Positions 52,106-64,000 of a stretch of 64,000 nucleotides of DNA are shown here, piece by piece. The stretch is taken from assembly GCF_023055435.1 (NCBI RefSeq), contig NW_025964383.1:17236001-17300000 (forward strand). The letters are read 5' to 3'. The position numbers and the translations under genes were made by a program. The stretch is from Haliotis rufescens (taxonomy: Eukaryota). The notes beneath the pieces were generated by a model, which was given only the letters and a program-made list of their open reading frames with translations, had not been told where the DNA came from and did not search any database. Positions within the stretch are counted from its first letter, which is position 1; each line of letters begins with the position of its first letter.

Positions 52106-54019
52106 TTTCTAGGGCCTTCGGACACAACACTAGAATGCAGTCGGATGAAATACTACAGGAATTCAGTAGCGCCAAATTTGGATAATTGGAAAGTAGATGT
52201 GTTCGTTCTCACGGATTGAGATGAAGTGAAGGACTCCAGTCCGCGCAAAACATTTATACTGACCCTTAGTATAAACATAGTAGTGGAGATTTATAGATCA
52301 AAGAGAGCATTTTCGAAGCCAGTGGCGAGATCAAAGCTACACTGCAACTTCATTAGGCTTTGATCCGAAAGGAATCTCACTGTCCACTTGAGAAACCAAT
52401 CAACTTCTTGTCAAAACAAGTTTCCGTATAAAGGGAGAGGTCTGAGAAGAGTTCAACCAATCTAGTCCTGTTATCTCCAGGGATTATCAATCATTGTTAA
52501 TTGATTAAATCGGGATTGATCAAACGGCGCAGTACGTTGTGATACTTAAAAATCCGATGTGGTTACTTTCGCATCCACAGAAACCAAGTCACAGAAACTT
52601 CTATCAGCTTGGAAATCGTGTGATGCTTCTCTGAACGTTTAGTTTCAATTAAAAAACCCGAGAAAACCATGTCCACAATCCTAAGAAATCCTTACTCTGG
52701 TAGGCAAAGGCAAAGTGAATAAATGTACAGTCAAATCTTGAACTTATTGTACACATCTGTTTGAGGTCGTAAATGCTATGATAATCGACCATTTTCCCAA
52801 CCCGTCTTACATGATCGAAATACAGCACGTATGTTTTGAAGCATTTCAAATACTATTTTTTATGAATACCATCATCATGGTATAATTAAAGCAGCTCATA
52901 CAATAAGTATCTGGATATTAACCATCTTAGAAGCTTTTGGATGGACGTCGGCTACTTAAAAGGTTACTATATAAATAAATAAATAGGCATGTACAATAAA
53001 GTTTATGTGTGTTAAATGATCTAGAGACATCATCTTCAGTGTATAACTGTCATGTTTTTGGGAGAATTACAAAGCACGGTGTCATGATTTATATCTTTGA
53101 ATACAGAATGCTGTTAAAGCACATGATGGAAATTGGAGTATGTTGCTAGATAAACATAAGCACGTTGTTAGCATTGTTTTTGAAAGATGCCCACTGTTTC
53201 ATGTCAGGATATTCTGATCTTTACTTTTTAGTGCCTTTCAGGGGAATAGTATTCATCAAGTGCTGACTTGGATCAGAAATGTTATTTGGCCTGTGTTTCA
53301 ATTTCCTTTTGTTTTCCATGCTGTGTACATTGACAATTTTTAACATGCATGACTCTCTCCTTAAGCACTTGGGCATGTACATTTCAAAAGGAAAGAGAAA
53401 CAATTAAATGCTCTGATAATATGAAATACAACATGACATATATATCTCGCAGATCAATATCATATGGGGTTGTGGTTCGTCTGTCTAAATCCTTTTGCTA
53501 TAGGATCGGAATGGATACGGAAACCGAATTGCAACGTTCCAAACTGTATTTAATGTTATGGTGCAACCATTACATTGGAATCTCTTCCTTACATCATACC
53601 TAATGTCCAAATGTGTTTCATTTCAATTGATCTTATATTCAATAGTCTGTATCTTTTTCCTATTTCAAAGAATAGATTAAGGACGATATCTGCAAATGAT
53701 TGCCATACTCAGAACCAAGTAAAATGATCGAAGGCTTGGTATTGTGAGATACCATCTCAAATTAACCTTTTCTCTCTCTCACAAACTTTCTATACGAATG
53801 ATGTCTTCAAGATGTCGTGAGCGTGTCAGCAAATGATCAAGATTATAATATCGACTTCATTATTTATTTCCTCAGCATATTCATCAACAAACAAATGTGG
53901 TTTACAATATAATAGGATGCCCTTTGCACACTGTCAGGCAACATTTGTGTACAATAACAAAAAATGAATAACAAGGTAAATGCAGCACTAGTTGATGTGG
54001 ATGGGTCTTGTGATTTCCC

Positions 54020-54641
54020 TTAGGCGTTTCTATGAAGTGCACTGTCGTCTACAGACAAAGCTCGACTGAGAGTCGTCATATCGTAGCTGCTGTCGTTGCT
54101 GTATAGGTCTCCCTGGTCTTCGTCGTCCTCACTATATGAGCTGTCGGACAAGAGTTCCGTGAAGGAAGCTTCATCGTCATTGAAAGAGGTATCTGCATTC
54201 CAGTCCGCCTCCGAATCACTCTCTGCAGAAGCATCTTTGGTGATGGCGTTTACACAGGCTTGCACCTCTTGCCACTTGAGTTGTCTGTAGATGGTAAACA
54301 TCTCCTTGACACCTTCCAGCACCCATCGTCTCTGGATCAGCTGTTCACCTCGGATTATGCAGTTGTTGGAGGAGTTGGCTGTCATCTTCCGCATCAGATG
54401 GTAGACTTGGGTATCTGAAAACAATAAAACGGGTAATTAGAAATCTCGCTAAATGTGTTCACAACAATGTCATTTTATTTTGTTCAATTCTAAAATTCAG
54501 TGTGATACCAATATTGCCATGTTTGCAGGGGACTGAAAAAGAGCACAGTTCATATTTACCTAATGTCAGGATCTCTTTCACTGCATTGTCGTGGGCAATA
54601 AGGAGACGTCTCAGCTTGATGGCAACTTGAACTGGATCCAT
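54020..54641 (-). CDS. Array gene copy 10 (exons 54641-54560, 54414-54020)
   Basis: As copy 1. Confidence 0.75.
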
Positions 54642-56571
54642 TTTCTAGGGCCTTCGGACACAACACTAGAATGCAGTCGGATGAAATACTACAGGAATTC
54701 AGTAGCGCAAAATTTGGATAATTGGAAAGTAGATGTGTTCGTTCTCACGGATTGAGATGAAGTGAAGGACTCCAGTCCGCGCAAAACATTTATACTGACC
54801 CTTAGTATAAACATAGTAGTGGAGATTTATAGATCAAAGAGAGCATTTTCGAAGCCAGTGGCGAGATCAAAGCTACACTGCAACTTCATTAGGCTTTGAT
54901 CCGAAAGGAATCTCACTGTCCACTTGAGAAACCAATCAACTTCTTGTCAAAACAAGTTTCCGTATAAAGGGAGAGGTCTGAGAAGAGTTCAACCAATCTA
55001 GTCCTGTTATCTCCAGGGATTATCAATCATTGTTAATTGATTAAATCGGGATTGATCAAACGGCGCAGTACGTTGTGATACTTAAAAATCCGATGTGGTT
55101 ACTTTCGCATCCACAGAAACCAAGTCACAGAAACTTCTATCAGCTTGGAAATCGTGTGATGCTTCTCTGAACGTTTAGTTTCAATTAAAAAACCCGAGAA
55201 AACCATGTCCACAATCCTAAGAAATCCTTACTCTGGTAGGCAAAGGCAAAGTGAATAAATGTACAGTCAAATCTTGAACTTATTGTACACATCTGTTTGA
55301 GGTCGTAAATGCTATGATAATCTGACCATTTTCCCAACCCGTCTTACATGATCGAAATACAGCACGTATGTTTTGAAGCATTTCAAATACTATTTTTTAT
55401 GAATACCATCATCATGGTATAATTGAAGCAGCTCATTTGGCTTAAGTATCTGGATATTAACCATCTTAGAAGCTTTTGGATGGACATCGGCTACTTAAAA
55501 GGTTACTATATAAATAAATAAATAGGCATGTACAATAAAGTTTATGTGTGTTAAATGATCTAGAGACATCATCTTCAGTGTATAACTGTCATGTTTTTGG
55601 GAGAATTACAAAGCACGGTGTCATGATTTATATCTTTGAATACAGAATGCTGTTAAAGCACATAATGGAAATTGGAGTATGTTGCTAGATAAACATAAGC
55701 ACGTTGTTAGCATTGTTTTTGAAAGATGCCCACTGTTTCATGTCAGGATATTCTGATCTTTACTTTTTAGTGCCTTTCAGGGGAATAGTATTCATCAAGT
55801 GCTGACTTGGATCAGAAATGTTATTTGGCCTGTGTTGATGTCAATGTTTCAATTTCCTTTTGTTTTCCATGCTGTCTACATTGACAATTTTTAACATGCA
55901 TGACTCTCTCCTTAAGCACTTGGGCATGTACATTTCAAAAGGAAAGAGAAACAATTAAATGCTCTGATAATATGAAATACAACATGACATATATATCTCG
56001 CAGATCAATATCATATGGGGTTGTGGTTCGTCTGTCTAAATCCTTTTGCTATAGGATCGGCATGGATACGGAAAACGAATTGCAACGTTCCAAACTGTAT
56101 TTAATGTTATGGTGCAACCATTACATTGGAATCTCTTCTTCTCCATCATACCTAATGTCCAAATGTGTTTCATTTCAATTGATCTTATATTCAATAGTCT
56201 GTATCTTTTTCCTATTTCAAAGAATAGATTAAGGACGATATCTGCGAATGCTTGCCATACTCAGAACCTAGTAAAATGATCGAAGGCTTGGTATTGTGAG
56301 ATACCATCTCAAATTAACCTTTTCTCTCTCTCACAAACTTTCTATACGAATGATGTCTTCAAGATGTCGTGAGCGTGTCAGCAAATGATCAATATTATAA
56401 TATCGACTTCATTATTTATTTCCTCAGCATATTCATCAACAAACAAATGTGGTTTACAATATAATAGGATGCCCTTTGCACACTGTCAGGCAACATTTGT
56501 GTACAATAACAAAAAATGAATAACAAGGTAAATGCAGCACTAGTTGATGTGGATGGGACTTGTGATTTCCC

Positions 56572-57193
56572 TTAGGCGTTTCTATGAAGTGCACTGTCGT
56601 CTACAGACAAAGCTCGACTGAGAGTCGTCATATCGTAGCTGCTGTCGTTGCTGTATAGGTCTCCCTGGTCTTCGTCGTCCTCACTATATGAGCTGTCGGA
56701 CAAGAGTTCCGTGAAGGAAGCTTCATCATCGTTGAAAGAGGTATCTGCATTCCAGTCCGCCTCCGAATCACTCTCTGCAGAAGCATCTTTGGTGATGGCG
56801 TTTACACAGGCTTGCACCTCTTGCCACTTGAGTTGTCTGTAGATGGTAAACATCTCCTTGACACCTTCCAGCACCCATCGTCTCTGGATCAGCTGTTCAC
56901 CTCGGATTATGCAGTTGTTGGAGGAGTTGGCTGTCATCTTCCGCATCAGATGGTAGACTTGGGTATCTGAAAACAATAAAACGGGTAATTAGAAATCTCG
57001 CTAAATGTGTTCACAACAATGTCATTTTATTTTGTTCAATTCTAAAATTCAGTGTGATACCAATATTGCCATGTTTGCAGGGGACTGAAAAAGAGCACAG
57101 TTCATATTTACCTAATGTCAGGATCTCTTTCACTGCATTGTCGTGGGCAATAAGGAGACGTCTCAGCTTGATGGCAACTTGAACTGGATCCAT
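56572..57193 (-). CDS. Array gene copy 11 (exons 57193-57112, 56966-56572)
   Basis: As copy 1. Confidence 0.75.
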
Positions 57194-59107
57194 TTTCTAG
57201 GGCCTTCGGACACAACACTAGAATGCAGTCGGATGAAATACTACAGGAATTCAGTAGCGCCAAATTTGGATAATTGGAAAGTAGATGTGTTCGTTCTCAC
57301 GGATTGAGATGAAGTGAAGGACTCCAGTCCGCGCAAAACATTTATACTGACCCTTAGTATAAACATAGTAGTGGAGATTTATAGATCAAAGAGAGCATTT
57401 TCGAAGCCAGTGGCGAGATCAAAGCTACACTGCAACTTCATTAGGCTTTGATCCGAAAGGAATCTCACTGTCCACTTGAGAAACCAATCAACTTCTTGTC
57501 AAAACAAGTTTCCGTATAAAGGGAGAGGTCTGAGAAGAGTTCAACCAATCTAGTCCTGTTATCTCCAGGGATTATCAATCATTGTTAATTGATTAAATCG
57601 GGATTGATCAAACGGCGCAGTACGTTGTGATACTTAAAAATCCGATGTGGTTACTTTCGCATCCACAGAAACCAAGTCACAGAAACTTCTATCAGCTTGG
57701 AAATCGTGTGATGCTTCTCTGAACGTTTAGTTTCAATTAAAAAACCCGAGAAAACCATGTCCACAATCCTAAGAAATCCTTACTCTGGTAGGCAAAGGCA
57801 AAGTGAATAAATGTACAGTCAAATCTTGAACTTATTGTACACATCTGTTTGAGGTCGTAAATGCTATGATAATCGACCATTTTCCCAACCCGTCTTACAT
57901 GATCGAAATACAGCACGTATGTTTTGAAGCATTTCAAATACTATTTTTTATGAATACCATCATCATGGTATAATTAAAGCAGCTCATACAATAAGTATCT
58001 GGATATTAACCATCTTAGAAGCTTTTGGATGGACGTCGGCTACTTAAAAGGTTACTATATAAATAAATAAATAGGCATGTACAATAAAGTTTATGTGTGT
58101 TAAATGATCTAGAGACATCATCTTCAGTGTATAACTGTCATGTTTTTGGGAGAATTACAAAGCACGGTGTCATGATTTATATCTTTGAATACAGAATGCT
58201 GTTAAAGCACATGATGGAAATTGGAGTATGTTGCTAGATAAACATAAGCACGTTGTTAGCATTGTTTTTGAAAGATGCCCACTGTTTCATGTCAGGATAT
58301 TCTGATCTTTACTTTTTAGTGCCTTTCAGGGGAATAGTATTCATCAAGTGCTGACTTGGATCAGAAATGTTATTTGGCCTGTGTTTCAATTTCCTTTTGT
58401 TTTCCATGCTGTGTACATTGACAATTTTTAACATGCATGACTCTCTCCTTAAGCACTTGGGCATGTACATTTCAAAAGGAAAGAGAAACAATTAAATGCT
58501 CTGATAATATGAAATACAACATGACATATATATCTCGCAGATCAATATCATATGGGGTTGTGGTTCGTCTGTCTAAATCCTTTTGCTATAGGATCGGAAT
58601 GGATACGGAAACCGAATTGCAACGTTCCAAACTGTATTTAATGTTATGGTGCAACCATTACATTGGAATCTCTTCCTTACATCATACCTAATGTCCAAAT
58701 GTGTTTCATTTCAATTGATCTTATATTCAATAGTCTGTATCTTTTTCCTATTTCAAAGAATAGATTAAGGACGATATCTGCAAATGATTGCCATACTCAG
58801 AACCAAGTAAAATGATCGAAGGCTTGGTATTGTGAGATACCATCTCAAATTAACCTTTTCTCTCTCTCACAAACTTTCTATACGAATGATGTCTTCAAGA
58901 TGTCGTGAGCGTGTCAGCAAATGATCAAGATTATAATATCGACTTCATTATTTATTTCCTCAGCATATTCATCAACAAACAAATGTGGTTTACAATATAA
59001 TAGGATGCCCTTTGCACACTGTCAGGCAACATTTGTGTACAATAACAAAAAATGAATAACAAGGTAAATGCAGCACTAGTTGATGTGGATGGGTCTTGTG
59101 ATTTCCC

Positions 59108-59729
59108 TTAGGCGTTTCTATGAAGTGCACTGTCGTCTACAGACAAAGCTCGACTGAGAGTCGTCATATCGTAGCTGCTGTCGTTGCTGTATAGGTCTCC
59201 CTGGTCTTCGTCGTCCTCACTATATGAGCTGTCGGACAAGAGTTCCGTGAAGGAAGCTTCATCGTCATTGAAAGAGGTATCTGCATTCCAGTCCGCCTCC
59301 GAATCACTCTCTGCAGAAGCATCTTTGGTGATGGCGTTTACACAGGCTTGCACCTCTTGCCACTTGAGTTGTCTGTAGATGGTAAACATCTCCTTGACAC
59401 CTTCCAGCACCCATCGTCTCTGGATCAGCTGTTCACCTCGGATTATGCAGTTGTTGGAGGAGTTGGCTGTCATCTTCCGCATCAGATGGTAGACTTGGGT
59501 ATCTGAAAACAATAAAACGGGTAATTAGAAATCTCGCTAAATGTGTTCACAACAATGTCATTTTATTTTGTTCAATTCTAAAATTCAGTGTGATACCAAT
59601 ATTGCCATGTTTGCAGGGGACTGAAAAAGAGCACAGTTCATATTTACCTAATGTCAGGATCTCTTTCACTGCATTGTCGTGGGCAATAAGGAGACGTCTC
59701 AGCTTGATGGCAACTTGAACTGGATCCAT
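59108..59729 (-). CDS. Array gene copy 12 (exons 59729-59648, 59502-59108)
   Basis: As copy 1. Confidence 0.75.
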
Positions 59730-61659
59730 TTTCTAGGGCCTTCGGACACAACACTAGAATGCAGTCGGATGAAATACTACAGGAATTCAGTAGCGCAAAA
59801 TTTGGATAATTGGAAAGTAGATGTGTTCGTTCTCACGGATTGAGATGAAGTGAAGGACTCCAGTCCGCGCAAAACATTTATACTGACCCTTAGTATAAAC
59901 ATAGTAGTGGAGATTTATAGATCAAAGAGAGCATTTTCGAAGCCAGTGGCGAGATCAAAGCTACACTGCAACTTCATTAGGCTTTGATCCGAAAGGAATC
60001 TCACTGTCCACTTGAGAAACCAATCAACTTCTTGTCAAAACAAGTTTCCGTATAAAGGGAGAGGTCTGAGAAGAGTTCAACCAATCTAGTCCTGTTATCT
60101 CCAGGGATTATCAATCATTGTTAATTGATTAAATCGGGATTGATCAAACGGCGCAGTACGTTGTGATACTTAAAAATCCGATGTGGTTACTTTCGCATCC
60201 ACAGAAACCAAGTCACAGAAACTTCTATCAGCTTGGAAATCGTGTGATGCTTCTCTGAACGTTTAGTTTCAATTAAAAAACCCGAGAAAACCATGTCCAC
60301 AATCCTAAGAAATCCTTACTCTGGTAGGCAAAGGCAAAGTGAATAAATGTACAGTCAAATCTTGAACTTATTGTACACATCTGTTTGAGGTCGTAAATGC
60401 TATGATAATCTGACCATTTTCCCAACCCGTCTTACATGATCGAAATACAGCACGTATGTTTTGAAGCATTTCAAATACTATTTTTTATGAATACCATCAT
60501 CATGGTATAATTGAAGCAGCTCATTTGGCTTAAGTATCTGGATATTAACCATCTTAGAAGCTTTTGGATGGACATCGGCTACTTAAAAGGTTACTATATA
60601 AATAAATAAATAGGCATGTACAATAAAGTTTATGTGTGTTAAATGATCTAGAGACATCATCTTCAGTGTATAACTGTCATGTTTTTGGGAGAATTACAAA
60701 GCACGGTGTCATGATTTATATCTTTGAATACAGAATGCTGTTAAAGCACATAATGGAAATTGGAGTATGTTGCTAGATAAACATAAGCACGTTGTTAGCA
60801 TTGTTTTTGAAAGATGCCCACTGTTTCATGTCAGGATATTCTGATCTTTACTTTTTAGTGCCTTTCAGGGGAATAGTATTCATCAAGTGCTGACTTGGAT
60901 CAGAAATGTTATTTGGCCTGTGTTGATGTCAATGTTTCAATTTCCTTTTGTTTTCCATGCTGTCTACATTGACAATTTTTAACATGCATGACTCTCTCCT
61001 TAAGCACTTGGGCATGTACATTTCAAAAGGAAAGAGAAACAATTAAATGCTCTGATAATATGAAATACAACATGACATATATATCTCGCAGATCAATATC
61101 ATATGGGGTTGTGGTTCGTCTGTCTAAATCCTTTTGCTATAGGATCGGCATGGATACGGAAAACGAATTGCAACGTTCCAAACTGTATTTAATGTTATGG
61201 TGCAACCATTACATTGGAATCTCTTCTTCTCCATCATACCTAATGTCCAAATGTGTTTCATTTCAATTGATCTTATATTCAATAGTCTGTATCTTTTTCC
61301 TATTTCAAAGAATAGATTAAGGACGATATCTGCGAATGCTTGCCATACTCAGAACCTAGTAAAATGATCGAAGGCTTGGTATTGTGAGATACCATCTCAA
61401 ATTAACCTTTTCTCTCTCTCACAAACTTTCTATACGAATGATGTCTTCAAGATGTCGTGAGCGTGTCAGCAAATGATCAATATTATAATATCGACTTCAT
61501 TATTTATTTCCTCAGCATATTCATCAACAAACAAATGTGGTTTACAATATAATAGGATGCCCTTTGCACACTGTCAGGCAACATTTGTGTACAATAACAA
61601 AAAATGAATAACAAGGTAAATGCAGCACTAGTTGATGTGGATGGGACTTGTGATTTCCC

Positions 61660-62281
61660 TTAGGCGTTTCTATGAAGTGCACTGTCGTCTACAGACAAAG
61701 CTCGACTGAGAGTCGTCATATCGTAGCTGCTGTCGTTGCTGTATAGGTCTCCCTGGTCTTCGTCGTCCTCACTATATGAGCTGTCGGACAAGAGTTCCGT
61801 GAAGGAAGCTTCATCATCGTTGAAAGAGGTATCTGCATTCCAGTCCGCCTCCGAATCACTCTCTGCAGAAGCATCTTTGGTGATGGCGTTTACACAGGCT
61901 TGCACCTCTTGCCACTTGAGTTGTCTGTAGATGGTAAACATCTCCTTGACACCTTCCAGCACCCATCGTCTCTGGATCAGCTGTTCACCTCGGATTATGC
62001 AGTTGTTGGAGGAGTTGGCTGTCATCTTCCGCATCAGATGGTAGACTTGGGTATCTGAAAACAATAAAACGGGTAATTAGAAATCTCGCTAAATGTGTTC
62101 ACAACAATGTCATTTTATTTTGTTCAATTCTAAAATTCAGTGTGATACCAATATTGCCATGTTTGCAGGGGACTGAAAAAGAGCACAGTTCATATTTACC
62201 TAATGTCAGGATCTCTTTCACTGCATTGTCGTGGGCAATAAGGAGACGTCTCAGCTTGATGGCAACTTGAACTGGATCCAT
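61660..62281 (-). CDS. Array gene copy 13 (exons 62281-62200, 62054-61660)
   Basis: As copy 1. Confidence 0.75.
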
Positions 62282-64000
62282 TTTCTAGGGCCTTCGGACA
62301 CAACACTAGAATGCAGTCGGATGAAATACTACAGGAATTCAGTAGCGCCAAATTTGGATAATTGGAAAGTAGATGTGTTCGTTCTCACGGATTGAGATGA
62401 AGTGAAGGACTCCAGTCCGCGCAAAACATTTATACTGACCCTTAGTATAAACATAGTAGTGGAGATTTATAGATCAAAGAGAGCATTTTCGAAGCCAGTG
62501 GCGAGATCAAAGCTACACTGCAACTTCATTAGGCTTTGATCCGAAAGGAATCTCACTGTCCACTTGAGAAACCAATCAACTTCTTGTCAAAACAAGTTTC
62601 CGTATAAAGGGAGAGGTCTGAGAAGAGTTCAACCAATCTAGTCCTGTTATCTCCAGGGATTATCAATCATTGTTAATTGATTAAATCGGGATTGATCAAA
62701 CGGCGCAGTACGTTGTGATACTTAAAAATCCGATGTGGTTACTTTCGCATCCACAGAAACCAAGTCACAGAAACTTCTATCAGCTTGGAAATCGTGTGAT
62801 GCTTCTCTGAACGTTTAGTTTAATTAAAAAACCCGAGAAAACCATGTCCACAATCCTAAGAAATCCTTACTCTGGTAGGCAAAGGCAAAGTGAATAAATG
62901 TACAGTCAAATCTTGAACTTATTGTACACATCTGTTTGAGGTCGTGAATGCTATGATAATCTGACCATTTTCCCAACCCGTCTTACATGATCGAAATACA
63001 GCACGTATGTTTTGAAGCATTTCAAATACTATTTTTTATGAATACCATCATCATGGTATAATTGAAGCAGCTCATTTGGCTTAAGTATCTGGATATTAAC
63101 CATCTTAGAAGCTTTTGGATGGACGTCGGCTACTTAAAAGGTTACTATATAAATAAATAAATAGGCATGTACAATAAAGTTTATGTGTGTTAAATGATCT
63201 AGAGACATCATCTTCAGTGTATAACTGTCATGTTTTTGGGAGAATTACAAAGCACGGTGTCATGATTTATATCTTTGAATACAGAATGCTGTTAAAGCAC
63301 ATAATGGAAATTGGAGTATGTTGCTAGATAAACATAAGCACGTTGTTAGCATTGTTTTTGAAAGATGCCCACTGTTTCATGTCAGGATATTCTGATCTTT
63401 ACTTTTTAGTGCCTTTCAGGGGAATAGTATTCATCAAGTGCTGACTTGGATCAGAAATGTTATTTGGCCTGTGTTGATGTCAATGTTTCAATTTCCTTTT
63501 GTTTTCCATGCTGTCTACATTGACAATTTTTAACATGCATGACTCTCTCCTTAAGCACTTGGGCATGTACATTTCAAAAGGAAAGAGAAACAATTAAATG
63601 CTCTGATAATATGAAATACAACATGACATATATATCTCGCAGATCAATATCATATGGGGTTGTGGTTCGTCTGTCTAAATCCTTTTGCTATAGGATCGGC
63701 ATGGATACGGAAAACGAATTGCAACGTTCCAAACTGTATTTAATGTTATGGTGCAACCATTACATTGGAATCTCTTCTTCTCCATCATACCTAATGTCCA
63801 AATGTGTTTCATTTCAATTGATCTTATATTCAATAGTCTGTATCTTTTTCCTATTTCAAAGAATAGATTAAGGACGATATCTGCGAATGCTTGCCATACT
63901 CAGAACCTAGTAAAATGATCGAAGGCTTGGTATTGTGAGATACCATCTCAAATTAACCTTTTCTCTCTCTCACAAACTTTCTATACGAATGATGTCTTCA

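Larger units (their letters stand above)
27799..64000. repeat. Gene-containing macrosatellite, about 2.55-kb unit, 13 full units + partial 14th, continues past the window
   Basis: Same ORF set recurs every ~2.5 kb; units differ only by scattered SNPs and small indels. Confidence 0.98.

Overview
Animal genomic DNA, AT-rich and dense in SINEs. The repeat families look molluscan, possibly abalone-like (inference, not verified). 1-27.8 kb: nine in-phase coding exons (9879-21994, +) of a flavin-containing monooxygenase (FMO) whose FAD-binding N-terminal exon(s) I could not find in the window. Its introns hold tRNA-derived SINEs, MITEs, a Kolobok-like element, a Penelope-like relic, a 9x95-bp array of duplicated splice acceptors and a GAGT-based minisatellite. 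27.8-64 kb: a head-to-tail macrosatellite of about 2.55-kb units (13 full units plus a partial one running off the window). Each unit carries a complete two-exon minus-strand gene: TATA, Inr-like site, Kozak ATG, 145-bp GT-AG intron, 158-aa helical-plus-acidic protein and AATAAA. The ORF track splits this gene into separate 60-aa and 134-aa ORFs. The array starts abruptly inside a SINE and shows a 5088-bp dimeric higher-order duplication. One unit has a 5'-truncated RT/RNase H LINE inserted at the predicted transcription start with a 12-bp TSD.
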